DNA of 64,000 bases, taken from the NCBI GenBank assembly GCA_044229845.1, contig JBGASG010000007.1, forward strand, positions 32,001-96,000, in the 5' to 3' direction. A program made the position numbers and the translations under genes. Position 1 is the stretch's first letter. Each line of letters opens with the position of its first letter. Below are positions 9,759 to 21,200 of this stretch, one piece after another. Below the pieces are notes generated by a model. The model was not told the DNA's origin, did no database searches, and saw only the letters and a list, made by a program, of their open reading frames with translations. The stretch comes from Candidatus Obscuribacteraceae bacterium (GTDB lineage Bacteria; Cyanobacteriota; Vampirovibrionia; Obscuribacterales; Obscuribacteraceae).

Positions 9759-10556
9759 ATGAGCATGAACGGGCGGTTCTCGGGCAAAGTTGCCATAGTG
9801 ACCGGTGGTGGCACCGGGTTGGGACTGGCTATCGCGCGCGAGTTTGCCGGCGGCGGCGCGAAGGTGGTAATCGCCAGTCGCAAGCAGGAGAATTTGTCCG
9901 CCGCAGCGTCATCGATCAAAGATGCCGGCGGGCATTGCGATACATTTGCCTTTGACGTACGTGTGCCGGAGCAAGTCGAGGCGCTGGTGGAATACACCGT
10001 CGGGCTGCATGGACGCATCGACATCCTGGTCAATAATGCTGCCGGCAATTTCGTTTGTCCTTCTGAGAAACTATCGGTGAACGGCTGGCTTTCGGTTGTA
10101 GGGATCGTGCTGAACGGAACCTGGTTTTGCAGTAGTTTTGCCGGACGCAAGATGATTGAGCAAAATGGCGGCGTTATTCTGAACGTGATCGCGACCTTCG
10201 CCTGGACGGGCGCACCAGGAGTGGTGCACTCGGCTTCCGCCAAAGCGGGCGTGCTGGCGATGACCAGGACCCTGGCCGCCGAGTGGGGACCGCACAACAT
10301 CAGGGTTAATGCGCTGGCGCCGGGGGTGATGGTCACGGAGAATGCTTCGAAGAATCTACTGTTTGATGCACCGGAAGTGCAGAAGAAAATCAGCGACCGT
10401 ATTCCACTACGACGCCTTTTGCCGACGGAAGAAGCGGCCAAGCTGGCGGCGTTTCTTTGCAGTGACGAGGCGGCGTACATAACCGGCGACGTGATGACTT
10501 GCGACGGAGGGCGCTGGCTTGGAGAGGGTTTTTTGGACCTGATGGCTCATGAGTGA
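9759..10556 (+). CDS. SDR oxidoreductase, 2,4-dienoyl-CoA reductase-like
   Basis: TGGGTGLG, NNAAGNF and HSASAKAGV motifs; lacks the classic YxxxK Tyr, as DECR-type SDRs do. Confidence 0.88.
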   Translation: MSMNGRFSGKVAIVTGGGTGLGLAIAREFAGGGAKVVIASRKQENLSAAASSIKDAGGHCDTFAFDVRVPEQVEALVEYTVGLHGRIDILVNNAAGNFVCPSEKLSVNGWLSVVGIVLNGTWFCSSFAGRKMIEQNGGVILNVIATFAWTGAPGVVHSASAKAGVLAMTRTLAAEWGPHNIRVNALAPGVMVTENASKNLLFDAPEVQKKISDRIPLRRLLPTEEAAKLAAFLCSDEAAYITGDVMTCDGGRWLGEGFLDLMAHE

Positions 10557-11880
10557 GACCTTCCCGCCTGCAAGCCGGCTGGAGATTTTCTCATGGGCGA
10601 TGTTCGACTTCGCCAATTCTACTTACGGAACTGTGGTGGCAACGGCCATCTACAGTGCATACTTCGTAAACGTGATTGCCGGCCAGGCGCAGGGTATGGA
10701 GCAGGGGCAGGGCACCTTGCTCTTAACCCTCACCATCTCCGCGGCTTCGTTGTTTGTTGCTTTCACGGCGCCGATTATAGGCACCATCGCTGATGCCACT
10801 GCGGGGAAGAAGAAGTTTCTGTTCATCGCTACGGCGATTTGTGTTGTTTTCACAGCGCTGTTGGCGACGACCGGACCCGGTACGGTGTGGTTGGCGATGC
10901 TTCTGCTGTTCGTCACCAACTCGTCGTTTGGAACCGGCGAAGACCTGGTGGCGGCGTTTTTGCCTGAGATTGCGCGGCGCGATAACATGGGACGCATTTC
11001 CGCCTTCGGCTGGACGATCGGCTATGTGGGCGGACTGAGCGTACTGGGACTTTGCCTGGCTTACGTGAGTTGGGCGCGCGCGCATCAGCAGGTGCCCCAG
11101 CAGTACGTACCGGTGACGGTCTTGATCACGGCCGCCATATTCGCTCTTGCCGCTTCGCCGATCTTTTTGTTTTTGAAGGAACGTGCTTTGCCCGAAAAGG
11201 ACGCTGCCACCAAAAACTACGTTGTCCTGGGTTTTAAGAGACTGCAAGAAACCTATCATGAGGCGCGCCGGTATACCGATCTGTGGCGTTTTTTCATCAC
11301 GCTCTTCGTGTACACGTGCGGCACGACGACCGTCGTTACTCTGGCTTCCGTTTATGCCACCGAAGTGATGAAATTCAGCACGCAGGACAACATACTGCTT
11401 GTGCTAGTGGTGAACGTAACGGCCGCTGTTGGTGCCTTCGTTTTTGGATATGTTCAGGACAAGTTTGGATCGATTCGGACTTTGACGATTACACTGGTTA
11501 TCTGGGCGGCGGCCACATCTTTGGCTTTTGTTGCAACATCAAGACCGCTGTTCTGGGTGGTCGCCAACCTGGTGGGACTGGCAATGGGTTCAAGTCAGTC
11601 TGCCGGTCGAGCACTGGTTGGGCAGCTTTCGCCTACCGGTCGCTCCGGTGAGTTTTTCGGATTGTGGGGCGTTGTGGGCAAGTTGGCGGCCGCCGTTGGT
11701 CCGCTGTCGTTTGGTTTGATCACGTACTTGACGCACAACAATCTTCGCATCGCGATTCTCTCCACCAGCGCTTATTTCCTTCTGGCGATTTTTCTCATTC
11801 AGCGAGTCGATGAGAAACGCGGCCACGCCGCGGTTGCCGAGACAGAGCGGGAAGATCGCGAAGACCGAGAGAAAGTCTAG
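10549..11880 (+). CDS. MFS transporter, UMF1/Atg22-like family
   Basis: SWAMFDFANS N-terminal motif, about 12 hydrophobic segments, GEFFGLW. Confidence 0.88.
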   Translation: MSETFPPASRLEIFSWAMFDFANSTYGTVVATAIYSAYFVNVIAGQAQGMEQGQGTLLLTLTISAASLFVAFTAPIIGTIADATAGKKKFLFIATAICVVFTALLATTGPGTVWLAMLLLFVTNSSFGTGEDLVAAFLPEIARRDNMGRISAFGWTIGYVGGLSVLGLCLAYVSWARAHQQVPQQYVPVTVLITAAIFALAASPIFLFLKERALPEKDAATKNYVVLGFKRLQETYHEARRYTDLWRFFITLFVYTCGTTTVVTLASVYATEVMKFSTQDNILLVLVVNVTAAVGAFVFGYVQDKFGSIRTLTITLVIWAAATSLAFVATSRPLFWVVANLVGLAMGSSQSAGRALVGQLSPTGRSGEFFGLWGVVGKLAAAVGPLSFGLITYLTHNNLRIAILSTSAYFLLAIFLIQRVDEKRGHAAVAETEREDREDREKV

Positions 11881-13382
11881 CGTAACTCGACTGACGAAAG
11901 AATGGAATCGAAAAGGTGTTTGGTGGGCGCCGGTGCTCCGTCGAACAACAAGAAGGACAGGCAGTAGTGATGTCCGCGGTGGCTGAAGATCACCAGGTGT
12001 TCGTCGACGTGACTACCGTTCGCCATGAAGCGAGCCGCAAGGCGGTAGCCGTGAATGTCCTTGTTTCTTCCAAAAACAATCTCGCCGGCATCCATACGCT
12101 GGTAAGACTTCATGGGACGCAATGCCCGCTGCTCGACTAACTCTGCAATCACTCTGTTGCTGGTCACACCGGGCACGTGCGCATCTCCCAGTTTGAGCTC
12201 GACCAGGAAGGGTCCCATTGGACCCTCCAGGGATTTGATGAACTCGGGTCGCACAGGCATACTGTCTTTCCAGACCTTCGGATAGTCGAAGGCGATGCCG
12301 ATGCGCGAGTCGTAGAAGTTGATCGTGCCGCCGGCGCTCTGGAAGTCGAGCGGCTTCTCCGACGAATGAATGCTCAGCAACGTATGGTTGAACAAAGGCA
12401 GCAGTGCCGGCTGTTCGGAACTTTTGGCGATGAACCCGAGGGTATACATGAGTGGTCCCTGGCGGAAGTGCACCACTGTCAACCGGGTCGGTTGGTCCTC
12501 GGCACCGAAGTCGATTTCGCACATCGCGGCCGGCATATTATGTGACTTGCCGATCAAGACGTTTTGTGCGCGCACGCGGCGATAGCCGCTCAGCGACTGG
12601 AAGATCAACTGGTCCGTAAATCTGGCGAAGCGATCGGGATTCATTCCGTGTGCGGGCGCCATCGAGAGCGTCATCTCATAGTGAGTGCCATCTATGGTGG
12701 TGCCTTCGAACTTGGATAGGGTATCCTTGTCCGGCCGATCAACTACCGAAAAAGTCGAGGGGTAGTCGAAGGCAATTACACCAGGCGCTGACTCGTATGT
12801 GATGAAGGTGTCCTGCGGTGGCTTGGGAACCGGCATGACCATGGGCACGGCGGCAGCCGGTTGTGCGGTTCGAGCGCCTGGGGAAGCTGCCGCCAGTGCT
12901 GTTGTGGAGCTTTCTGGTTTGGCGTCGGACAGCTCGAGGACTTCAAGTGATTCTAAAAACTGTTGAGTTGATAATCTGCGGCTGCTAAATGCCGCGACAT
13001 CACCGGCGGTGACAGCCACCAGGTAATAACGAGAGAGGTTTTTGGGATCGTAGAAACGCACCTTGACGCGGGCGAACTGACTCTTAGGGGTTTCGAAGAT
13101 TGTCTTAGCGATCATTGCGGCGTCGATTTTGCAATCTAGCTTTGGTTCCTTTTGCTGGCCGCTGAGCATGGTTGATACGACCACCTCCGACCCGTTGACG
13201 CGCACCGACACATCGAGTCCTGACTGCAGTACGTGGCCTTGCTGGATCCGTTTCTTCACGGTCTGGACGTCAACAGGGGCGGGTGTGACGGCGGGCGAGG
13301 CCGGCATAGCCAGTGCTAAGCCGAGAAACAGCGCCAGAGTGCCGCTAAGAAGTTGGGTCATGCTATCTTTTGACAAGTTCAA
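11877..13382 (-). CDS. Exported hypothetical protein with two tandem PsbP/DUF1795-like domains
   Basis: Signal peptide and two repeats beginning FDYP; similar to 24917..26035. The fold assignment is an inference. Confidence 0.65.
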   Translation of the reverse strand: MNLSKDSMTQLLSGTLALFLGLALAMPASPAVTPAPVDVQTVKKRIQQGHVLQSGLDVSVRVNGSEVVVSTMLSGQQKEPKLDCKIDAAMIAKTIFETPKSQFARVKVRFYDPKNLSRYYLVAVTAGDVAAFSSRRLSTQQFLESLEVLELSDAKPESSTTALAAASPGARTAQPAAAVPMVMPVPKPPQDTFITYESAPGVIAFDYPSTFSVVDRPDKDTLSKFEGTTIDGTHYEMTLSMAPAHGMNPDRFARFTDQLIFQSLSGYRRVRAQNVLIGKSHNMPAAMCEIDFGAEDQPTRLTVVHFRQGPLMYTLGFIAKSSEQPALLPLFNHTLLSIHSSEKPLDFQSAGGTINFYDSRIGIAFDYPKVWKDSMPVRPEFIKSLEGPMGPFLVELKLGDAHVPGVTSNRVIAELVEQRALRPMKSYQRMDAGEIVFGRNKDIHGYRLAARFMANGSHVDEHLVIFSHRGHHYCLSFLLFDGAPAPTKHLFDSILSSVELR

Positions 13383-13423
13383 CAGACGTTCTTGCGGTAT
13401 TGTAATCGTTCAGGTGCAAAAGC

Positions 13424-13876
13424 ATGACCAGAGAGCAGCAACCTAAGTGCGTGTTTTGCAGCCGGCAGGCGCCGGTCGATAACATCGTTTTCGAAGACGA
13501 CCATTGGCTTGTGCGTCACAGCGCAGAGACAAACATACTCGGCTATTTCGTGATCGAAGCCAAGAGGCATTTTGTCGACCTGTCGCAGTCGACTGATCGA
13601 GAAGCGCGATCGTACGGCGAGATTTTGCGGGCATTGCAAAAGGCAATCCGTGAAGTGACCCATTGTCAGCGCGTTTACACATTCTCGCTGGGCGAGGCGG
13701 TGGAACACTTCCATCTGCATGTTATCCCGCGGACTGAGAAAGTGCCCCGCACTTTTCGCGGGCGAGGCATTCTTGCCTATCCCACGCAGCCGGGACCGGA
13801 TGCAGCGCTGGCGACGCACACGAGCGAACGTGTGGCGCGCCGTATGGAGCGCACGCTGGCTACGCCGGTTTCTTGA
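13424..13876 (+). CDS. HIT family nucleotide hydrolase
   Basis: CVFC N-terminus and HFHLHVIPR histidine triad. Confidence 0.9.
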   Translation: MTREQQPKCVFCSRQAPVDNIVFEDDHWLVRHSAETNILGYFVIEAKRHFVDLSQSTDREARSYGEILRALQKAIREVTHCQRVYTFSLGEAVEHFHLHVIPRTEKVPRTFRGRGILAYPTQPGPDAALATHTSERVARRMERTLATPVS

Positions 13877-13884
13877 TTCTCACG

Positions 13885-14736
13885 TCACTGAGGGCCGTTA
13901 GAGGGTGCAGGCGGCAGAGTATCTGCTCCGCCGGTGGTGAAAGTCTGGGTACCGTCCGGGTGAGTCGTGCTACCCGGCGTGTAGGCGTCGGGATAGTTGG
14001 TGCCGGTCGTGAAGCTCTGGGTACCGTCCGGACTGGTGGTGCCGGTGGTATAGCTTTGCGTGCCGTCCGCGTTGCCGTTGGCGCCACCAGGGGCGGTGCC
14101 TGTAGTATAACTCTGCCCACCTTCCTGAGTCTGTTCGGTCGGTTGCTGTTTAGCCGGAGCAGGGGAACGCAACTTCTCGATGCGTTGATTACAGAGCAGC
14201 ACATTGGCTGTAATGTCCTGTCGCACCTCTGATGGCGGCTCGCTCTCGAGAGCCTTGCTCCAGACGTATTTAGCCTCTGCTAACCGCTTTTGGAAGAACA
14301 GCATGCGACCGAGGTTGTTTTGCGCTTGCCAGAAGTGCGCTTTGCCGGAAATTGCATGCCGCCAGGCCGCCTCGGCTCCCAGCTCGTCCCGCAATTTTAA
14401 AAGCATCAAACCATAGTTGTTGAAGAAATTCATGTCGTACGGATAGATGGCAATCGCTTCAGCGTATTTGTCGGCGGCGGGACGCGACTTTCCTTTGTCA
14501 TCGAGCTTGCCTGCTTCGACATAGAGCTTGTCGGCCTGCTCCCAGAGTTTGTAGTCGCCGGCGCCGGGAAAGAGGTGTTTTCTCGCATAGGTCGAGGTCG
14601 GGAAGCGACCGCCAACCACTTTGACCAGCTTGGTGTCTTCGGCATGGACGGGAAACGAGGGCAGGGCCGCAGCCACTGCTACTGATACTGCCACCATCGG
14701 CAATCCAAATCTCAGTGAGACTTTTTTGTGTGTCAC
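13885..14736 (-). CDS. Exported TPR protein with a C-terminal DGTQ(S/T)(Y/F)TTG repeat tail
   Basis: Signal peptide, about 3 TPRs and four QSYTTG-like repeats. GTG start overlaps the kinase stop. Confidence 0.75.
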   Translation of the reverse strand: MTHKKVSLRFGLPMVAVSVAVAAALPSFPVHAEDTKLVKVVGGRFPTSTYARKHLFPGAGDYKLWEQADKLYVEAGKLDDKGKSRPAADKYAEAIAIYPYDMNFFNNYGLMLLKLRDELGAEAAWRHAISGKAHFWQAQNNLGRMLFFQKRLAEAKYVWSKALESEPPSEVRQDITANVLLCNQRIEKLRSPAPAKQQPTEQTQEGGQSYTTGTAPGGANGNADGTQSYTTGTTSPDGTQSFTTGTNYPDAYTPGSTTHPDGTQTFTTGGADTLPPAPSNGPQ

Positions 14737-16595
14737 GACGCTGCCCCCTTTGTTTCCGGTTGGGGTTCAGCAGGCGTTGCCGGTGCCGTTGTGGGCGTCG
14801 GTGCTGGTTGCGGAGCCGCCGCTTCCGGGGATGGCTGCGGAGCCGCCGCTTCCGGTGCCGCAGCGGGTGCCGGTGTCGGTGCCGAGGGCTGTGCGTCGGC
14901 AGGCAGTTGTTTGAGTCGATCGGATGCCAGTTGCGTGTAACGCGCCAGCGCTGCGTTCTCGGACTTCAGCTGGGCGGCCTCGGCAAAATACTTTGCTGCC
15001 TCCTTCGATTGCCCAGCGTCCTTGCAGATATCTCCCAACTTGATCAGGCAGGCGGCGCGCAGGAAAGGAAGTTCCTGGTGATCTTTAATCAGCTTCGCCA
15101 GATAAACCTTTGCCACCACCGGCGATGGCGACTTTTCGCCACCAACCAGGTGCGCCAGGATGTGCGGTTCGTTAAACGTGTTTTGCAAGATTAAATCGAC
15201 ACGCTGCGCAGACCGGCGAGCATCGAAATTTGAATAGAGCATGACCAGTTCATGCTCGACTCCGTAATCAAATGGCTTGCCGCGCGCATAGTCTTCAAGA
15301 TAACGAATCTGATCGTTGATCTGGGGCATCGCGGTGATGGGCTCCAGATAGTGCGGGAGTTCGTGCGGATTTGCTGGGGGCTGTACCCAATGCGGAGCAG
15401 CCGAGCCCTGGGTGGCAGCCTGTGGTGCCGGGCGATGAGTATTGAGATAGCCCTGGTACCACGTGAACAGGTACCAACCCATGACGGCGAGCACCACTAG
15501 AATCAAGATCGGTATCAAATACTGGATGCCGCCTTTGCCGACTTCTTTACCGACTGCCTTGGCTGCCGACATGCTGCGCAGCATCGAACCTTGCGCGCGC
15601 GACGCTGCACTGGCTTCGCGGGCGAGCAGGGCATCCTTCATTTCCATGGCAGAGGAAAAGCGCAGGTCGGCTGTTTTGGCCAGGCTTTTCTTGATCACCG
15701 CCGGTATGTGTTCGGGGACGGGAATGTGCTGCGGCAGTGCCGGTACCATACCGTGCACGTGTTTGTCGATCACCTCGTATTCGCTGGCTCCGTGAAATGG
15801 CACCGAACCCGATACCATCTCGAAAAGCACGCAGCCGAGCGAATAAATATCAGCTCGCCAGTCGATTTTCTGCCCGAGCGCTTGTTCCGGACTCATGTAC
15901 CAGGGTGTGCCTAGAATGTCACCGGTCTTTGTCAAGCCGAGCGTTTCGGTGTTTCCTTTCGTGCCCCTCAAAATCTTTGCCATGCCGAAGTCGATCAACT
16001 TAACGACGGCCAGTCCTTGCTCGTCCACGCAAAGCATGACGTTGGCGGGCTTGATATCGCGATGCACGATGCCCCGGTCATGGGCTACCGCCAGGGCGTC
16101 GCAGATCTGGGTGCAAATCTCGACTGCCTCTTCCGGTGCGATCTGCTTATGACGTTTAAGCACGTCGCGCAATGTCTTGCCTTTGAGCAACTCGCAGACC
16201 ATGTACGGCTGTCCGTTGGGCAGCACTCCGTGATCATAGACAGCGCAAATATTGATGTGAGTCAGTTTTGCGGAAGCTTTGGCTTCCAGCTCGAACCGCT
16301 GCAGCGATTCGCGGTCTGAGACGTAATCCAGCTTCAGGACCTTGATTGCTACTTCGCGGTTCAGTCCAGCCTGCAATGCCTTGTAGACCGAACCGGAGGC
16401 GCCGCGCCCGATCAACTCGACTATTTTGTACTTCTCTGCGACGATGCTGCCGGGAGACAATTCGCTGGCTGCTTCGAAGACGAGAATAGTGCCGTCGCGC
16501 GGGCAAATCTTCAGGTCGGCGTCGTACCTGGTTTTGCACTGAGGACAGACCTTGGTGCGTACTTCAGAATTAGTGGTGCCTGGACCTGGACCCAT
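14733..16595 (-). CDS. Membrane Hanks-type Ser/Thr protein kinase with TPR-like ectodomain
   Basis: CPQC..CPRDG ribbon, GRGASG, VAIK, HRDIKPAN, DFG, YMSPEQ, one TM helix, Pro/Ala tail. Confidence 0.93.
   Translation of the reverse strand: MGPGPGTTNSEVRTKVCPQCKTRYDADLKICPRDGTILVFEAASELSPGSIVAEKYKIVELIGRGASGSVYKALQAGLNREVAIKVLKLDYVSDRESLQRFELEAKASAKLTHINICAVYDHGVLPNGQPYMVCELLKGKTLRDVLKRHKQIAPEEAVEICTQICDALAVAHDRGIVHRDIKPANVMLCVDEQGLAVVKLIDFGMAKILRGTKGNTETLGLTKTGDILGTPWYMSPEQALGQKIDWRADIYSLGCVLFEMVSGSVPFHGASEYEVIDKHVHGMVPALPQHIPVPEHIPAVIKKSLAKTADLRFSSAMEMKDALLAREASAASRAQGSMLRSMSAAKAVGKEVGKGGIQYLIPILILVVLAVMGWYLFTWYQGYLNTHRPAPQAATQGSAAPHWVQPPANPHELPHYLEPITAMPQINDQIRYLEDYARGKPFDYGVEHELVMLYSNFDARRSAQRVDLILQNTFNEPHILAHLVGGEKSPSPVVAKVYLAKLIKDHQELPFLRAACLIKLGDICKDAGQSKEAAKYFAEAAQLKSENAALARYTQLASDRLKQLPADAQPSAPTPAPAAAPEAAAPQPSPEAAAPQPAPTPTTAPATPAEPQPETKGAAS
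14810..14855. repeat. 27-bp-period coding tandem repeat (PEAAAPQ)
   Basis: GCGGAGCCGCCGCTTCCGG at 14810-14828 and again at 14837-14855. Confidence 0.7.
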
Positions 16596-16625
16596 GTGTC
16601 TCTCGTTTCGTTTCCGGTTTGCGAC

Positions 16626-18197
16626 TTAGTGCAAATTGAGTTTGCTCAGTGTGTTTAGTCTTTCTTCGGCGGCGGCTCGGTAAGGATCGAGCGAAACTCC
16701 GGAAAAATTCCGGACAGTGTCATAGTACTGCAATGCTTTACCACTTTCTCCTTTTTCCGAATAGAGATCACCGAGCAGGAGAAAGCACTCGGCCCTCAGA
16801 TGATGCAAATCAGGATAGGCGCGGACGTTAGCGCTGAGACTGGCGATCGCTTTATCGGGGTCGGTGCCCCAATGGTTATCCGAAAGTATGGCGGTCATCG
16901 AGTCGTCACCGGGTCGATTGGCGAGAATGTTGTCGACAACTTGCATCGCGTCTTTTGTGCGCCCGACTTTTATGTATCGGTCGGCGAGCCGTTTCTCCAG
17001 GTCAAAATCAAAGTTCGTCAGCTCCTTGCGGGTCCTTTCCAGTGCAGTGATCTCCTGGTTGACTTGCGCTTGTTGTCCACCGCTCACCAGGGCGGGCACC
17101 GTCTGTGGTGTCGTACCGGATTGACTATGCTGGTAAGCCATCCAGCCCAACCCGGCACACACAGCCATGCCGACGACTACCATGGCGATCACCGGCAAGG
17201 CAACAGACTTACCGCCTGCCGGCTGCGTGGCTGATGGCGATGACTGCTGAGAACAGGCTTCGAATGCGGCTTTCATATCCCGCATTGATTCGTAGCGCTT
17301 TTGTGGATGCTTATAGAGTGACTTGAGAACCGCATCTTGTATCGAGGAGGGCACAGCCGACCCTTGCTTGAAGGGCGGCGGAGGCTTGTCTACGTGCTGT
17401 TTCATCAACTCGTAGGTTGTCGATCCGGTGACGGCTTTGGTGCAAGTGAGCAGTTCGTATGCTACCAATCCGAGCGAATAGATGTCGCTGGCCGGCGTGA
17501 GCGCTTGCCCGAGGCATTGTTCGGGGCTCATGTATTCCGGCGTTCCCATGGTCTGTCCTGTCTTAGTCAGCGACGACCCGCGTCCGGAGTGCAGCAAGCT
17601 CGCTTTGGCCAGTCCGAAATCGAGCACTTTAATGGTGCCCTCTTTGGTGAGTAGCAGGTTGCTGGGCTTGATGTCTCGATGAATGACGCCCTGGTCGTGA
17701 GCGTAGGCAAAGGCTTCGGCAGACTGACTGATGATTTGGGCGACCTGCTGCCAGGGTAAAGGACCTTTCTGTTCGAGCAACGTGTTGAGCGTGTCGCCGT
17801 CCAGGTATTCCATGACGAGAAATGGCTGGCCCTCGTTCATGACGCCGAAGTCCATGACGCGGGCGATGTTGTTGTGGCGCATGCGGCTTGAAATCTCGGC
17901 TTCGCGTTGAAATCGTTTCAACTTGTCTTGATCAGAGACGAGGTGCGTGTGCAGCACCTTGAGCACTACCGGTACATCCAGCCGCTTGTGGTGTGCCAGG
18001 TAGACGCGACTCCAGCCGCCAATGCCCAGTACGCTCTTGATGAGAAACCGCTGGTCGACCACAGTGCCCAGCAAAGTATCAGCCATTGCTGTCACAAACA
18101 CCTGTCCATCGTCGGGGCAAGCGCCCGCCGCGGCGGAGGTTCTGCCGCACACAGGGCACATCCAGGCTGATGTTTCAGTAGCCGGTCGTGATTGCAT
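16626..18197 (-). CDS. Membrane Hanks-type Ser/Thr protein kinase with TPR-like ectodomain
   Basis: CPVC..CPDDG, GIGGWS, HRDIKPSN, DFG, YMSPEQ and a TM helix. Confidence 0.93.
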   Translation of the reverse strand: MQSRPATETSAWMCPVCGRTSAAAGACPDDGQVFVTAMADTLLGTVVDQRFLIKSVLGIGGWSRVYLAHHKRLDVPVVLKVLHTHLVSDQDKLKRFQREAEISSRMRHNNIARVMDFGVMNEGQPFLVMEYLDGDTLNTLLEQKGPLPWQQVAQIISQSAEAFAYAHDQGVIHRDIKPSNLLLTKEGTIKVLDFGLAKASLLHSGRGSSLTKTGQTMGTPEYMSPEQCLGQALTPASDIYSLGLVAYELLTCTKAVTGSTTYELMKQHVDKPPPPFKQGSAVPSSIQDAVLKSLYKHPQKRYESMRDMKAAFEACSQQSSPSATQPAGGKSVALPVIAMVVVGMAVCAGLGWMAYQHSQSGTTPQTVPALVSGGQQAQVNQEITALERTRKELTNFDFDLEKRLADRYIKVGRTKDAMQVVDNILANRPGDDSMTAILSDNHWGTDPDKAIASLSANVRAYPDLHHLRAECFLLLGDLYSEKGESGKALQYYDTVRNFSGVSLDPYRAAAEERLNTLSKLNLH

Positions 18198-18270
18198 TAG
18201 AGATCTGGTTTACCCAACTAGTTCTTTGTTCCACGCCCGAGCTACCCCAAATCCGCGCCAGGCGGGGTTG

Positions 18271-21200
18271 TCAATCGCTTTGCCCGTAACCGGCGCCGCC
18301 GGGGGTCTCAATGACAAAGACGTCGCCTGGCTGCAGGTGTACAGACTGGGTGGCGGATAAAACCGTGACGCTGGTGCCTGTGCTGTTGTGCAATACGGCA
18401 TTTTTGCCGGGACGTCCGTCGGCGCCGCCACGCAGTCCGGGCGGAGCAATGCGGCGCCGGTTGGATAAAATGCTGGCTACCATCGGTTCGAGAAACCTGA
18501 TCCGTCGCAAGACGCCGTTGCCGCCCCTGTGCAGACCGCCGCCACCGCTATCAGGGCGAATCGAAAATTCTTCCAGGCGCACCGGAAATCTGGTCTCCAA
18601 AATTTCCGGGTCCGTGAGTCGGGAGTTGGTCATGTTGGTCTGCACGGCATCGGTGCCATCGAATGTGGTGCCGGCTCCGGAGCCGCCGCAGATAGTCTCG
18701 TAGTACTGATGCTGATCGTTGCCGAACGTGAAATTGTTCATCGTCCCCTGTGATGCAGCCATGACTCCCAGTGCTCCGTAGAGCACATCGCAGATCACTT
18801 GCGAGGTCTCCACATTGCCGGCAACGACCGCGGCTGGATAGCTGGGACGCAGCAAACAACCCTCGGGAACCACCAGCGTCAGCGGGCGCAAGCAACCAGC
18901 ATTCAACGGGATCGAATCACCCACCAGGGTGCGAAAGACGTAGAGCACTGCTGCCCGGCAAACCGACAACGGAGCATTCAGGTTGTTGGACTGTTGCGAG
19001 CTGGTACCTGTGAAGTCGATGATTGCTGCCGGTTGACCGGATGCGTCGGCGCGCTGCACGGTAATCTGCGCTTTGATCACACTGCCATCGTCCATGGTGC
19101 AAGCATATGATCCGTCCTTGAGCACGGCAATCGCCTTGCGCACCGCGAGCTCGGCGTTGGCTTGCACAAAGTCCATGTAGCGGACGACCACATCTTGCCC
19201 GTACTCCTGGACAGCCTTGCCCAGCTCGAGAAGCCCGCGATTATTGGCAGCGATCTGGGCACGCAAATCGGCGAGATTTTGTTCGACATTACGTGGCGGA
19301 TTTGTTATGGAGGCGAAAATGCGTTTTAATTGCTCGTCCTGAAATCGTGCATCCGAGAGGATTTGCACGTGCTTCAACAGTACACCTTCTTGCTCGATGT
19401 TCTTGCTGTCGGCCGGCATAGAACCGGGCGTGATACCACCGACATCGGCATGGTGTCCGCGCGAGGCCACGAAGAAAAGCAGGTTCGCGCCATCTGCATC
19501 AAAACACGGCGAGATGACGGTAATGTCCGGCAAGTGTGTGCCGCCGTCGTAGGGATCGTTGTGCGCGAAAGCATCTCCGGGGCGCAGTGAATTGCCGTGC
19601 TGTGCAATCAAACTCTTGACGCTGTCGCTCATGGAGCCCAGATGCACCGGTATGTGCGGTGCATTCGCTATTAATTCTCCCGTCGCATCGAACACCGCGC
19701 ATGAGAAGTCCAGGCGTTCTCTTATGTTGACGGACCGGCTAGTCATCTGGAGCGTTTCACCCATCTGTTCTGCAATGAACATAAACAGACTGTTGAACAC
19801 CTCAAGGTAAATGGGGTCCGGTTGACTGAGAGAGATCTGATTCCTGGTGCCTCCGCCCGCGGTGGTGCCGGATGCAGTGGTCTGCGAGCGCGTCAGCATC
19901 AAAGTGCCGCCGGTTGTGACGCTAGCTTGCCATCCGGATTCGATGACGGTGGTGGCAGTTGCTTCAATAATTAGAGCCGGCCCTGTAATCTGAGAGTCGA
20001 CCGGCAACAAGTTGCGTTCGTAAAGTGGTGCCTCATGATACTGACCTTTCGAATAGAGTCGGATCATTTTTGATGGGCGCAGTTGCCTCGGCGGTTCGCC
20101 TGCGCTGACCGTTTCTTCGCTGGACTGCAGCTGGTGGCCGCTCAGGCTGGCTTCGGCGGTCACCCACGAGATGACCACCGGCTTTTCCGGACAGATGAAG
20201 CCGTATCGCATCTGATGTTCTGCTTCGAATAGCGAGCGCATCGTTTGAGCTGTCGATAGTGCGACCGGCAGATAGGCTTCCGTGTCTGCATACCGCAGGT
20301 AGCCGTGCAGCGCAATCCGGGGATGCTCTGGATGTCCGGCGGCGGCTCCGCTCAGTCGAAGCTCCGCGGCGGCTTGCTCAGCCAATGCGTTAGCCGCTGT
20401 GCGTGCTGAGTGCAGTCCTGCTTCATCGAGTACCACTTCGACGCTCTGCTGTTTCAACACCTGCAACTCGGCAAGTCCCATTCCCAGTGCCGACAATACG
20501 CCTGCAAGTGGATGGATGACTATCTGCCTCATGCCCAGGGCGTCTGCGATCAGGCACGCGTGTTGACCGCCGGCACCACCGAAGCAGAAGAGGCTGTAGT
20601 CGGTGATGTCATAGCCGCGTTGTACGGAGATCTTCTTGATCGCCTGTGCCATGTGCATCACCGCTATGTCGAGAAACCCAGCTGCGATTGCCTCTACGGA
20701 GCGGGCACCGGCATCTGCGCCGGCTGCCGCTTCGGCATGAGCGATCTCGGCCGCAAGCTGCGTGAATTTCAGTTTGACCACATCGGGATCAATGGGCAGG
20801 TTGCCGTCGGGACCGAAAACCGCAGGGAAGAAGTCACCCTGAATCCTTCCCAGGAGCACGTTGCAATCGGTCACCGTCAACGGACCGCCGTTGCGATAAC
20901 AAGCAGGACCAGGAAAGGCGCCGGCAGAATCCGGACCCACTGCGATGCGGCTGCCGTCGAAATGCAGTATGGACCCGCCGCCGGCAGCCACTGTGTGAAT
21001 AGCCATCATCGGCGCTCGCAGGCGCACTCCGGCGACTTGGGTCTCGAAACATCTTTCGATTTCGCCTTTGAAGTGCGCGACATCGGTGGACGTGCCGCCC
21101 ATGTCGAAAGTGACAATCTTATCCAACCCCAATTGCGCGGCTGTCTTGACTGCGCCGATGATACCGCCGGCGGGCCCTGACAAAATGCTGTCCTTGCCGC

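Noticed and set aside
9692..10480. N-terminal 263 aa of the 757-aa minus-strand ORF, suggesting a fusion to the TPR protein
   Set aside because: It is the antisense shadow of the SDR gene; a signal-peptide start at 9691 explains the TPR gene on its own.
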